This document shows positions 46,539-60,300 of a stretch of DNA of 64,000 nucleotides, one piece after another; the first letter of the stretch is position 1; every line of letters starts with the position of its first letter. Under the pieces are notes generated by a model, which worked only from the letters and a program-made list of their open reading frames with translations, was not told the DNA's origin and made no database searches. Source of the DNA: Klebsormidium nitens. Taxonomy: Eukaryota > Plantae > Klebsormidiophyceae. Location of the stretch: the NCBI GenBank assembly GCA_000708835.1, contig DF236969.1, forward strand, positions 62,001-126,000, written 5' to 3'. The translations under genes were made by a program, and so were the position numbers.

Positions 46539-46708
46539 TTCTCTAGAATATGTTTAGTAAGCTCAATGTTTAGTACTGGGACGGGTAGGGTTAGTATGGT
46601 GGTTAGGGTGGGTGCGGGTGCGGAGCGAGTGATTATTTGGGTTTAGGTTTTTAGTGTTAGCTCGTTTAGCTTACTAAACCTTGAGCTTACTAAACATATT
46701 CTAGAGAA
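46539..46708. mobile_element. Non-autonomous foldback/MITE-like element, copy 2
   Basis: 37-bp inverted arms 46539-46575 and 46672-46708 with 1 mismatch. Core identical to 873-905, and ggtttttagtgttag is shared. Confidence 0.65.
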
Positions 46709-47342
46709 GTATGTAAGAAGATATTGGGCCCATGCTGAAGCCCATGGGCCACTTATACGTTTGGGCATTTGGATTGCGGCACTGTTCTCATGCAACTGTA
46801 GGTATCGCCAACATGATGTATTTCAATTGTGACGGTCGGCCATCGTTGTAAGCTCCTTTGCCACCTAAGTGAACGCTGAGCAACTGTAGCGCGGCTGCAT
46901 GCAGACTTGTGCTTGTGTACTGTCGGTCGGGCTGCCATCCTCATATTAAGTCTATAGACGAGCGTATACAAAGATTGATTGACGCTGGCGCCCAACCTTG
47001 AGGCCATGAGATGAATGCGGACAATTCAATGACGAGGCTTTCTGAAGGCTCCTTCTCTGTCCTGAATACCTAGGGCAGCTACATCTTACACCTAATCCAA
47101 CCACTAAACTCGCGCAGCTGAGTGATCGCTTTCAAGGCTGCCTACGTCCACTTGCTAAGATTACGTCCTTAGTCATCTGGCGGCCAATCCTACATTAGTA
47201 GTACATCATAGTACTCACTGGAACACCCGCTATCGGCCCCTGTGCAACAGGACAGCCCTAGCTTCTTCGGAATATGATCAATAGTTCATCTATTGGAAGC
47301 GTTCGCCACAGTACGATATTTAGCAGTTTAGTGTCTTTCCCC

Positions 47343-50300
47343 TTATCTAGCATACGAAGTGGACGACCACGAAGCGGCACTTCCAACCCCCGAGAACGCA
47401 TCCAGCACCTCCCGCAGCTTCCTCACATTCCGCGGCACCTCATTCGCCGGAAGCGCCACGCCCGCCCCTCTCCCCGGCGCGAGCGAAACCTTCTTTCTCG
47501 AGTCACTTGTGCTGGTGCTAACGCTGACAATCAAGTCGGCAAACAGTTCGTCCATCTGCGCCGAGACGGCGCCCACTCTCTTCAGTCTTGGCGCGGCCTC
47601 GTCGATCGAGGACAGGTCGATGGACGCTCCGTCGTCGCTGTACGGGGAGTCGTCGTCTACGCCAGCGAGGCCCTGTAAGCAGCCGCCGATGTTGGTCGCG
47701 CCGGTCTGGAAGGACGGAAGCAGGCTCAACAGGGCCTCGGCAGACGAGTCCCACGTGTCTCGCGCCAGCCGTCGCAGCACGGACCTGCAAGGAACAAGTT
47801 GAGCGTCAAAAAAGTGCAGATAATGAAGCACGTCAACGGCTGTACTGTCAAAAACAATTCTGACCAGTATTCGACACACAAAACAACTACTGCAGAGGTC
47901 CGACAAAGCGATAGTCCACCGCTGGTTACAGCTTCGCTAATGCTGACGTCAAGGAAGCATCAGCTTCTTCTTTTTCCGAGCTGCCGACTTTTTTTGCTGC
48001 CCAAATACCCTGAAGAAAACGCAATGGACTCCAACCCAGATCCAATCAAGAGAGATCCTGGATACGAGCCGGCTTTTTATCTGATTCCCAGGACGAACAG
48101 ATGAAGCGCAACTCGTGCGCACATCTCGGTTTCGAAGCAGTTCTCCAATATCCAGGTCAACTCTTACGCAGCGTACGCAGCTCCTGTTAAAAGCGTTTCG
48201 ACGAACTGACCTGTCCATCAGGTCCCTCTCGTCCTGGAACGTCTCCATGATGTAGTCCAGCAGCGGCTTCATCCGCCGCCGCGCATCCAGCGCCAGCCCA
48301 AAGTCCGTCGCATCTGTCCGCGCGGATCGCCGTCTGACACCTGGCACGGGGTGGGCGGAAGGCGCCGGCGGTTCCGGTCCCAGGATGACTCCCTCCAGGA
48401 AAGGCGCAAAGTCTTGCGTGATCTGCGGAAGCCCGACCAGATATTAGGCAACCATTCACTGGATGCGGCTCCCCGTTGATGCGAAGTGTGCGAGAAGAGA
48501 TATCGCGGTCGGTTGCAAACTTGCGCTGACAATCTATGCTGTGTGCATATTCATCCAAACCATGCTTGTGGAGTTCTGCTCAACGATGTTTTCAACTTCG
48601 TTCAAAGAGGGCGGTAGTCGCGAAAGCTAAGCAGCCCAGGGCCTTCTCCGGATCCTGTCAGGTGACTAACCAGAGCCAGGCAGTTTCCAAAAGCGGTTCC
48701 GCACCCTGCTTCGATTATCTCGACAATAAGATGCCATCCAATCCAAAGCGGCCTTTTCAAGGCACGGGAAGACTTGAGCTCAGCAACTCACGGTGCAACC
48801 CGCCCCGAATCATCGAAACCTTTCTCGGAAGCAACCCACTGCATTTGATTGTTGTCCAATTTGAGCAGACAACGATTTGCACGTTTATCACAGATTCGCA
48901 TCCGCCGTTCCGTCATCGAAGCAGGGAATGTTTTGGTCCCCTCACCATGCGCGCCACGCTCCGCACCAGCTCGTAGTACTGTTTCTCGACCTCCATTCGC
49001 AGCACGCTGAACCGCTCCTCCGACGTCGAGGCCGCGCTTGCATCCTCTTCCGCCCAGATCCGCTCCTGTTCCGCCGGCTCCGTTCCGTTCTCCACTGCCC
49101 GGGCTCCCTCGGCCCCCTTCCCCGCACTCCGTCCCGACATCGACTCTTTTTTCTTCCCGGCCTTCCCCACCCCCACCCGTTCCAGAGCGCCAGACCCAGT
49201 GTCTGGAAACACCGACGCGGCGCGGAGAATGGGCTCCTCAGCCGCCGGTTTGTGCAGCTTTTGAAGCGGCCTCTCCGGCGCCGACAGGCTTCGGGCCACC
49301 GCTTCTCTGAACAGCAGAGACGTGCTTCCGTCATTCTTCCCCGGTTTTGAACCGCCCGCCTCGCCGCCGGCCGCCTTCTTCCAAGGCTTAGGGAGCGCAA
49401 TCGAGCTGAGGCTCTCCTCCTCCAGCTTCAGAAGGGTGGCGCTCGGGATCCGCTCCGGCTTCCGAGGCGGAGCCGCCGGAACCAAGGCCCGTTCGCGCTC
49501 CGCCTTGCCGCCGCTTTCGGACGTCCTCCGCTCGTCCTTCTGCTTGCCCGGGTCTTTCGAGGGACGCGCCTTCTTTCCCGTTGTATTTCGGTCGATTTCG
49601 GACACTCCGGATTCCGTTCCGTCCGTCCGTTCCGCCGGTCCGTCCGAAGCGCCGGCGCTCCTGCCGCTCCACAACCGCGAGAAGAACCCGGGCTTGGCGC
49701 GGCCGGCCGGCGCGTCCTTGGGCGGTTTCGGCGGCGCTCGAGAACCGGGCGGTTCTTCCGAGCCGTTCGCGATTCGAAGCGGAGACGAGGGGCCGCTCGG
49801 GTGGTTCCTCGCCGGAGCGGTGATGTCAGCAACTAGGGTGGAGAAGCGCGAGCGGACCTCCCGCATGTCGTTGAGCAGGACGCACACGTTGGGGCTGAGC
49901 ACGGGCCCTGTCGCGGGCAGGCGCCACTTTTTCAGGGCGGGCGGGAGTGGGAGGTAATACTGCTTGGCGGCCTGGGACAGGGCCTTGTGGCAGAGGGAGG
50001 TGATGGCTTGCGTGCGATTCAGGATGACGCGGCAGAGGGCCTGGAAAAGGAATAGCACGAATTTGAAGAAGATCACCTTCAATGAGCGTGATTTCCTGAC
50101 TGGAAAAACCCTTCGGGATGCACAGGCAAGGGAACAAAATAAGCAAAATGTGTCGTTTCTGCCACTACCCACGCTGCGTCTTCAGCAGAAGACAACACCG
50201 GCCCCTTCTTAAGAACTGAGTAGAGCATATGCCAGCGGTTTTAAATCTCGACGGCTTCAGCCCAGCAAAACGTGACCAGGAGTTGGCACGAATGGAAGAC

Positions 50301-53300
50301 AGATTCGGCTCTGAAGTGAGGCAAGAGGAAGACCTAGCAAATCTTAAACGATCGGGATCAGCATGCAAAAGACTGGCAATTTGCTCTTCTGATTGCACGA
50401 GAGCAGGGATTGCTTACCTTGTCGAGCAGTGCAGCGTATCTCGGAGCGCTCCGGTACACCAGCCGCGCGTTTTCGCTGCCCACGATCCGAACGATGCCGT
50501 CGAAGAGGTCCCGCAGCGAGCGGCTCGTCTTCCCCTTCGACCCCGGCAGCGGCGTCTGCTTCGACAGCGACACCACGAGGCTCTGGTCCCACCGCAGCAA
50601 CTGGTCGCTCAGACTGCTGATCCAACTGATGACGTAAGGCTCCAGGACTTGACACACTTTCGCGAGGAATGGCGTCATCGGCTGGCCGTGCAGGTTACTG
50701 ATCCTGATCTCTGGGTTCTGCGCGTCGGGGGCGTTCGGTCCGCGGTTTGCGAGCGCGTCGAGCTCCAGGAAGGATTCGAAGAGCGTGAAGAAGTCGCGGT
50801 TCATCTCGAGGGCGGAGGCGGCCTGGAGCGAGTGCAGCTCGCGCAGGAGGTTGGCGCAGAAGGTGGCGGCCGCGATGCGCACGGGGTGCACCGCCGGGAA
50901 ATGTTCGGAGGGGTATCTGCAGGCGAACAAAGCGGCGCTTCTCAAGGCTTTGATTGGTCTACGGAGAAAGGGCTCATTGGGATTTGCGCCAGCGAACAAA
51001 ACAGCGCTTGTTGCGGCTCTAAACGATACAAATGTCTCAAAATCTGCACGTAACAGGACAAAGAGGTCGGCAAAACAAGCCAGTGGTTGTGCCTAACGCC
51101 TGCGATTCTGACCGCAGCATATGCGAGTCGGCGGGTTGTACGGGGTGAAAAACAGACAGGACTTTCTTCGAGGGGTATCAGAAGGGGAAAAGAAAGAAAC
51201 CCCTCAAACATAAGAAAGCCCTCCGGTGATGAAGAGGCGAGAGTGTTTGCAACTAAACCGAAAAGAAAGCCTTCAGGATCGCGTAGGTCAAATAGGCAGA
51301 GGGCTCCGGTATTGGTTCTGCAGAGAGTGAGGCAGGAGGTGCTCCGAGGGGCGAGGCAGGTGAACGGAAGGAAGCGCTTCGAGGTATTGACAAGCGCAGC
51401 CAAATGAGAGTTCTGCACGCATGTTCGCAGCAGCAACTCCAGCTCTCTGCCTTCCGCCGTGAACAGTGGAAGCAAGTCGCTGGCACAACTAAACGGTGGA
51501 GGCGCACACGTCAGGGGCTTAGGTGGTCCAATCCGAACCATGACCTTGCTTGAAAAGGCTCAAGCCGCCAGCGTTTCAACTTCTGATTGCCCGGGAAAAA
51601 TCATAGCCCAGGGCCCTCCCAAACACGGCGTTCTCGGCATCGCAAGGTACGGCCCATTCGACCTGGCTTTGCGATCAACAGTATAGCACAGATTTGAGAG
51701 GGACCCACACATTACACAGGAAACACGGGAAGTGGACATTGGTTGGTTCGAAGACGAAAGATGTTGCAAGCGGAAAAGGTTCTCAAGGGTCAACCGGCAC
51801 AATAGACCTACCTCTGGAACTGTTCGTCGAGCTCGGTCGTGACGTTTCTGGTCAGGAACGCCAAAAAAATCTGCTTCGTGACCTTCTCTGCGTGCCCCTT
51901 CAGCTCGGTGTAGCGCCTCTGAGCGGCCAAGGTGAGAGAAGCCTGCAGTACAATGATTCTGTCAGAGTGGGGCTTTCACTCGCACAAACAAACTTTTCGA
52001 CGCTTGCAGAGGCACCGCAAAGATTTCCTCTGCGTGCTTGGAATCTGGTGCGTATATGTCTCTGCGTTTCCTGATCGGCAACTGTCTCTCTAAAGATGAC
52101 ATAACATGGTCTGTTTGTGCCAAAAGTCGAAGTCAAAATCTTGAAACGGTTGAGACTGCCTAGGTGACTGACTCTTGCTGGATAGACAGTTGATGACGTC
52201 TTTTTTCCGCTTTGAGTAGCAAACGTAGCATGCAACCCATTGCCTTCTCCACCCCGCTAGCATGATTGTCATCATATAATTGATGTGTGACATGAAAACC
52301 CTGGTGATTCGCTGGACACCTTCTGCAGGTACGAAAGTGAAAACCGAAATAGATCTTGCGCTGGCGTCAGTCAAAGCCAAACCGTTTACTCCTCGAAACC
52401 CTCTCCGATCCAATAGTCGATGTCCTCACCTCAATCTCCTGTGCAGGAAGCAGCTCGGTCCCCTCGTGTTCGAAGGAGACGCGGACGGCACCAACGACGA
52501 GAGCTGCCCGGACTCTGCTCGCCTGATGAAGGAAGTACCATTCGAGGACCGTGCGAGCGATGCTGGACAATTTCTCCGCAAGCGACCTCAAGAGGACTCT
52601 CTGCAGAAACGTGAAGACATTTGCCTTCCAGGAGGTGATTGCCGAAACTGCTTCAGAAACGACTGGAATCAAAGGACTTCGTCGGAAGTTTTCATAGGAC
52701 GAGTCTTTGCTGTCACAATCTGATGGGATGATCTGAGGTTGTGCCGCAGTTCACTGCTGATGCCCTTCTTCATTGCTATTGCTGACAGAGCAAGGCTCAC
52801 ACCTATGCACATTGATGGCAGGTAAGGGTGACGTCAAGCAAAGCAGCCAAATCCGTCGTATCGTTGAGGAGTTGGCACAAAGCCCTTACCTCTTTCGAGC
52901 GCAGCAAGACATACGGGCTGGTGTCAGCGAAGAAGCCGAGCTTGTCACACAGGACAAGCAGGACAGTTGGAGGCACGGGCCAACCCGGATCAGCAACGTG
53001 ATCAGCCACCCGAAGAAGGTACCTGCCGATCATCACGACCAGAGATTTGTAAGAAATGGTCACGAATGGACCCACCGGACAACCTGGCTCTGAGCATACA
53101 TCAGCAACTAGAACGAAAATGAAAACCTCACTGATGATTTAATGCTGTCCAGCTATCTAGTCCCCAGTGAGAACGCACATATTTGCTCTTTAAAATATGC
53201 GCACAGACACTGCCGCCAGGAAAGCCCGAAACGGAGTTGTCACATTTGACTTTGGAGGGGATGGGACTGCTATCACTAGTCTACGCAAGTTCAGGATTTC

Positions 53301-54832
53301 GACTGTGCATTTCCTCAACCTGAAAGTTTGCAACCCTCAAACCAGTTCTTACCGCAGTTGAAGCCGGTAAGGTTTCTTGACGCGGAGGACGCTTGCGGTC
53401 ACAAGAAGCAGCCACGACCAAGCATAGATCTCGTTCACATCATTGCTGCAACAATGATAGTTGCTCAGATTGTCAGCACAAGCGGCTCTTAGTACCTGAG
53501 CAAAGGATTTGGACAGCCGGTCACACAGCTGTTCTTCAAGAATATTTGAAGGACAATCAGAAAGGAAAGTGGTCACCAGAACCCTGTGAAGTGACCTCTT
53601 TGGCTGGTCAGCTCTGAGTCAGTATTGCCAGTTTCATTCGCACGTCCCCGCCTAGAGCCTACTTGCAAGTTGAGACGCACCCACCTTTCTACTGGTCCAG
53701 CAGCTTCTAGGAAACCGCACAAGCTCTGCGTCTTGGACCGACTCTTCATGTAAGTCCGTAGTAGCTTTGCGGAAGCTTTCACACTGGCTTCCTGGTTGTC
53801 CACATGCACTGCTTCAGGTGACAGCCGCAGAGGAGAGGACGCTGGAGAGGGGGCTGCTTCCCGCTCCCTAGTAAAGCCTTCCTTTGGTTGCCGCTTTGGC
53901 GATGTAGGCAAAGAGCTGTGTGGTTTGGGACTGTCGGAAAAGCCTTGCTTTAAGCGGTGCCAGAAGTGTCTATGCTGCGGGCTACTGGTCTGTGTTTGGA
54001 TGAGTTCTGGGCCGGCTCCCAGTCTTGAGTAGGAGTATTGCCCAGGACTGTTGGCTTTCCACGCTGACTGTCTGGGGCTCTCTGGGGACATGCTAGCGAT
54101 GGAGGACTCTGCTTCAGACGCTTCCTGAGCTAGAGCTTCTAACGTCTCCCTTCGAATGAAACACTCAGTGGAGTCCTCAGGTTCAGATTCAAAGCCCTCA
54201 TGAAAACCGTGAACTGCAGTGCTTTGCTGCAACCTTTCAGCCTCTCCATCATGGAATTCGCTGACAGGTGCTTGCCTGCCTTCACTGGTCTGCGAAAGCG
54301 CCTCCATGGAAGAGACAGCCACATTACCCCCTGCCTCCGGCTCAAGAGCTTCTTGCGCCGATTCATAAATGCCATTTGAGAAGCTCAGTGCAACTTTTGA
54401 GTTTTGTTCATGAAGGAGGAGCTTTTGTTCAACTTGAGGAGTCTCTCCCTGGACAGCCGAAGTCCTTGGTGACACAGCGGACTCTCCCCCTGCTTCCGGA
54501 TCTTGTGTTGAGACAGGCGGTACAACAGAGACATCCAACGTGCACAACTCCACCCAGTCCTGGTTGCATCTGCATTGTCTTTCCAGCAACGAGTGAAGGT
54601 CTTCCACTGAGCCCTCACTTGACGACACGCGATTGTTCTCCACAACGGTGGTAAATGCTCTTATGATGGTCTCAAAAGTTTTCTTCTGCAGAACAGGAAA
54701 CCATGCTGCAGCCTCTGTGGAGCACTTATCCTGTCGTGCACTAGTCTTCTCCGCAGGCTGGATAAGATGCTGTTTGAGGATCTCGCCGAGGACCTGAAAA
54801 TGGCTCGCAGCTTCAGTTGCTGTTGTTTCCAT
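47343..54832 (-). CDS. Munc13/PATROL1 (DUF810)-like MUN-domain protein; 5' end unresolved and may extend beyond 54832
   Basis: Solid exons 50916-50418, 50040-48946, 48422-48211 and 47784-47343. MHD1-like YVISWI..LLRW..SLRDLF and LPLPPAL..NVCVLLNDM; MHD2-like RMKPLLDYIMETF..RSVLRRLARDTW. Probable upstream exons near 51300-51490, 52400-52670, 52810-53060 and 53600-54830. No C2 domain seen. Confidence 0.65.
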
Positions 54833-57399
54833 GGCATGAAAATCGGAGAATGGAAGGAGTGTTCAGCAGTGTGCTATCGTACTTGGGTCCAACCCTTATG
54901 CAGATCTAGGGGATGCTCTTCTCATGGATGACAACAGTTGCTGGGGAAGAAGGGGAGACTCTCCTAGGACAAGTGCCAGAGAATGGGGGAATGCAGCATT
55001 GCGCGCTGGTGCCATGGCTCCACTCGTAGCAAAGGCCAGCCTTGCAACATTGAAGGCCTTTGGCGAAGGGTGGTTGAATTGCACAAGACTCAAAAGGAAT
55101 GATTTCGTGGCGTTCACAAAGACGTGGACCTGCACCTCGAGGCTGGAGCCTGGAGGCTCAGGAGTCAGGACCTGACTTGGCCATCGATTCAAACGCCGCC
55201 ACGTACATTTGTGTGTCCTATAAATCCGGAGTTGCCAAAGAACGGACCCCCTTGATTATTGGATGTCTGGCATCTGCCTGTCCGGATATACAGCTATCTA
55301 CTGAATCCGAGATCTAAGAACCAGGCTATTGATGGTTTCGCATCGTAAAAGATGTCGATTTACAGCGCACCGTGTTGCAGAGCACAACTCCCGACGTCGA
55401 CAAACGAACCCATCGGTTCATCGTTGATACAGTAAGTCCGGCAAACCCGGAGGATTTGCCGGTGGTATAAGGAACGGGTCCTTTCACATACGTGTGCGGG
55501 ATAACACATAACCGCGTGGATGAATATACCTGTGCGTACCTAACAGATATATGCATACCTATTAGTTGATAGGGTGCCTATATCATTCAACTGAACTTCA
55601 CTGCAAACTTTTCATAAGCGCTCACTTCCCGTTGCAGCCAACGATGTATAAGGCCGGAGGCGGTCAGATCATATCGGTCGGTTGAATCAAATACGAATCC
55701 TCTCAAGTTTGATCAATATCAGTGCTGAAGTGCGGCTCCTAAAAAGTTGAATCAAACCTGGTGAGGAAGAGGAAAAGCACATTGACCTTTCAAAATTCCC
55801 GCTTTACGGTTTGCCTAGGTACTACGCTCGTCGCACTCCAGAGAGATAAGCCAAGTTCCAACGGGAAAGGCGACGCCGAAAGAAGGCGCTTCGCAAGGGC
55901 AGGCTTGAAGTCGAAAGGAAGGAGGCCTCCAGGATCTCAGGGCGTTTTGTGGAAGGCTCAAGAGTGTTTGTGGACAGTGCATCCTGGATGATACATTGAT
56001 GCTCAGGGATCGAGCCGGAAAGACTAACAATGAGGAAGACAATTGATGTTCTCATGATCAACGACAAGATGTTGCCCCTTGCGGCGACCTTTTGATGCCA
56101 CACTCCCTTGATATCTTCGACAATGCTCAAGGGCTCTTGAGGACATCTACGTATGGATAAGTAGGTACTCAGAAGCAGAAAACAGCTGATGGGACCTGGG
56201 GACCCGTCTTTTCAACATCTTGTTGATAAAGCATCTGGCGCAAATCTACTCTAACAAACCCTTTGCTGGAAACAAGTGTCTGTAGGATGAGAGGTAGGAA
56301 TACAACCATGTCCGAAGTCTTTCCCATCGTCAAATCAGGGATGGTTGGGAAGCGAAAACCAGGCAATGTCAAGGAATTCAGGGTGAGCATTTGCCGCTTA
56401 GACAGCTGCTTGAGAGTAGTTGCTGTGCCGCCTGTTTGATAGAGATTGCAAAGGATTACGAGAGAGTTTTTCAACATTCGCGTTGCTATGGAGCAACGTG
56501 CATCCATAGTGACTCCTTGAATTGCTGGCGACTGCTTCTGAGATGTTCAGCTTTGTTATAGATGCTGTTGACTGACAAGTCGCTAGCGAGCAGACTATGT
56601 TTCCGCTGTGTACTTTGCTTACAGAGAAGTGCGATTTTCAGCAATCAGGACCTTATGTTTATCTGGGGAATGTGCAGCGTGAGCAGTTACACCGGCCCAA
56701 GTTTTCAAGCAGCCAGAGTCAGTCTGCCAGCTTGAGGTAAGCATATCGACTTTGAGGCATTTGGTGCCAGAGTTGAAACTGGAGCATTGCTGAGCTTGCT
56801 TCAGTCATGTTCTCAAAGAACCTCGAAGTGGTCATAGCCAAAGCATGAAGTTATTTCATTTAGCGTCCGCCTGAGTAATAGGCACTAACAGATCTTGTCT
56901 TTAATTCTGCGACAGTTTCTGCTATCCTGCACACCTGGACGTGCTTTCCTGCACTTCAAAGACCGGCCATATTTTGCAGGGAGGAAGCCGTTGGTCAGGA
57001 GAATTGCTCGCATCCAACCCCGAGCTGCGACGAAGATGATGGACTTAGTGCTGTGGATGGGTCTGCTCCATCACAAAGCCAGCCGTTTCAACTGGAGGGC
57101 CTTAGGCGTCTCCAATCTAGTAGGTAAGAATCATCACCTATGCCTCTCTGACATAGTCGTGTACCTTGGATTGTGTGCGCCTACCGTTTTTTTTGGATTG
57201 CTCCAGGAAGAGCTTGCTGTGAAACAAACACAAGGGGATAAAACCCTCTGCATGCAGGCATGGCTTGGGTTAAAACGAGGAAAAACATTTGCAAATCATC
57301 TCTAGGGCTTGTGATGCATCTCAAGAAGAACCTGACAAGCAAAGAGCAAAGTCTCTTGACAGAGTGAGCTGGTCACTGAATATCATGTTGATTCTGCAG

Positions 57400-60300
57400 A
57401 CTCGACGAGCCCCCTTCGAAGAAACCACCCAGACCGCAGTCGTCCTTCCGCACAATCGGAGATGCAATCAACGAGACACGGCAGGTGCCAGCGTCTGAAA
57501 GGAAACCCCTGAACGTCGTAAGTTTTCTCTACGTTCAGTTCCGGCGAGTCTTCTGATGCACAAACCAAAGGTTCCTCACTGCAATTGCATGTCTTGGAGG
57601 TGTGTTTGTGATTTGTGAATGATTCTTTTTCAAGAATGCCCTGGCAAGTGATTCACTACACCTTTCTGGAAGAAACGTCTGGGTTGACTTGGATCCAGAT
57701 GGCGCAGCCTCATCCAGCTTGTCCTTGCAGTTGAATGGCATCAATCAGATGCTGTCAAAGTCACCGCTGAAGGTGAAACCCAAAGAAGCATTCAAGCTTG
57801 CCCCCATAGCTCACTCAGTGCTCGAAGAACATCGGCGAAGGGATGGCGAAGAGGTTCAGTGCAGTGACGGCCTCCCGCCAATGGACTGGAGTCTCAAGAC
57901 CAGCGCCCGCTTCAGCTCCACAACAAGCTTCAACTGGTGAGACTCCAAATTTTCATTGGAGTCTCACCAACTGCGTTCTGATCAGGCCTGTTTGTTGCAG
58001 AGCTCGGATCACTCTTTGCAAACCTTCTCTTTGGGATTTGCTACCAGATTGCGGGAATGCCTTATCATTTGTTGTTTCTGAGCACACACTCCCGTTGCTG
58101 TTTGCACAGCTTCAGAGTTTATTCCTTCTTCTACTATGGCAACTTCTTCCTGTTGCCGCGCACAGATCCTTGCATGTAAATGGCCTTCCAGGTGCCTTGA
58201 CGCCGACGCCCAGGATGAGTGCTCATCGCTGCGCTCTTCAGCTGCCAACGAGCGCTCCTGCCCTGACAGCCAGGCATCAACCTCTGGCCGAGGCTCAGCA
58301 GACGGGGCTGCCTTCCGAGCGGCTCTGCACAGCTGGTCGTATCCTGAGAGCAGCCTGCCTCCGATCATCCTGCAAGCCGTTCAGAACTGGCTGCAAAAGC
58401 CAGCTGGCCAAGGTAAGGGAGTTGTGTTGCAAATGGTCCAGTGGTTTAACTTCTGAGCAGCTCTAGGAGGCTTTGAAATTGGAGAAGCAGGCCTGGTGCA
58501 CTCTCGCCTTCGTCTCCTATTAGAGCTAAGTGGTTGGCAGAACAGTGTCAGAGGAACGGTCAATCAGCCGTCTGACATGCAGAACTGTATAACTGTTCCT
58601 ACGAAGGTGCTTGAACACAACCTGCCTTTCAGAATGCAGGTAATCTTAAATCAAGTGCTGGTAGGTGTGGTACGACCTTTTTGAACATAAGCAAGCAAGT
58701 ATGTGAAGGCTGCTTATGGGACGCTCGTTTGTTGGTCTTGCAGATGCACGTTTCTGGACGCAGCGAGAGGCCAGCTGGCAAGAGTCGTTACGTTCTTTGT
58801 ACCTCATGCTCCGAACCAGGATGTGCCCGGTCTTCTACTGTGAGTCAGCTCAGCCTTTGGCCATTATTGCCAGCGCTTTCATCCATCAATGTCATGCTCC
58901 TGTTTCTTGGTGGCTGTGCTTGTTTAGAAGCTGGTCCGTGTTTCAAGATGGCGACCATGAAACGCAGCCAGGGCCGACATATGCCGGTACCATCTGCTCG
59001 CCCTTCAGTCCGGAACGTTTGAAATCGATATTTCCGGCTTGCTGTGATATAGTCGGCATCCAACGAGCTCTGCGCTTTTGCTTGATCAAAGTACCTCTGC
59101 TCATCCTATCAGGAGTTGACGTATTATTGATTTTCTCTAGGCCGATATCCCCAATACGTCGCTATGTTTATGGGCCCCGGGATTGGAGGTCACGGAGAGC
59201 GGGAGTGTTGCGCATACATCACGAGATCAACGCGGGGCATGAGGGACCTGTTCAAAGAGCAGGTAAGTATTCGCCATCGTACTCAGGGCCGCCTTTCGCT
59301 TGGGGGCAAACCAGATGGAAGCATTACATGCTTCGTGGAAGCTGTACGTGCTTTCCTTACGGCGACATTCCTGCCAGAAACTCGGAGAATGTTTGTATCC
59401 TGGTCAGAAACTCGGAGAATGTTGTATCGTGCTCTATCGAAGTCCGAAATGTAACCGGTTCTTTCCCGGAGCAGCGAAACTCTCTGTTGACAGTTTCTTG
59501 TCTTTGCAGGGAATCCAATTTGTCATGCCCCTGTATAAAGCCAAGAAGGAGGCCTTTAACGAAGACACGGATAGACAATTTGCCGAGCTGGCGGAAGAGG
59601 AGCCATGGAAGGTATGTATTGGTACACAACCAGGAGTCACGAGCCCTCTAGCAAATTGATGTGTTCTTGCCATAGCCAATCCTCTGCGTACCATTTGCAA
59701 AGAGCAATGTGGTGGCTACCTTCGCAATACTTCGAGGAATCATCTCAAAATTAACTTCCAACATTCTCCGTCTGCTTGAGTTTCTTGAACAGCACAGACT
59801 ACGGTCGAGGCGCTCAAGAGATTGAATTCTTGCTCTGTTTCGAAATCAAAGTTCGCAACAAGAGGGCTAAGGAAAAGGCCGATGGCCGGAATCAGTGTAT
59901 TCGAATTGACAGCGGTTTTTTTTTACAGGTCCAACATGAGGATCCCGCGTCGGCAGTCGATTCCACGCCGCAGTCTCTACTGTTCTTCGAAGGAGCGGAC
60001 GCTGTCCACGGGCTGTACGATACGTTGCTGAACCACAGGTGCGCGCACTACTGGCCACGTCGAAAGGCTGCTCAGTGCAGCATCCGAGAAAGGCTCCTGC
60101 ATCCTCCATGCGGTTGACAGGTATCCGAATAATGTCCGAGGGTTCCTCCGTAGTTTTGAGCGTCGAAGCCCGCACAAGTTGTCATCGAGCACCGTCATAA
60201 CTCAGCCTGGCAGTTCGTTTCCCCACGGAACGCCGAAGGGTCGACATTCCTTCAACTGCTTGTACGTTCCTTCTTGTATATTAGACAGTGCCAGTCTAAG

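Noticed and set aside
50229-51053. 274-aa plus-strand ORF
   Set aside because: Antisense shadow of a MUN-gene exon.
58716-59651. 311-aa single ORF
   Set aside because: Reads through DONSON introns; only 58744-58839 of this frame is the true exon.
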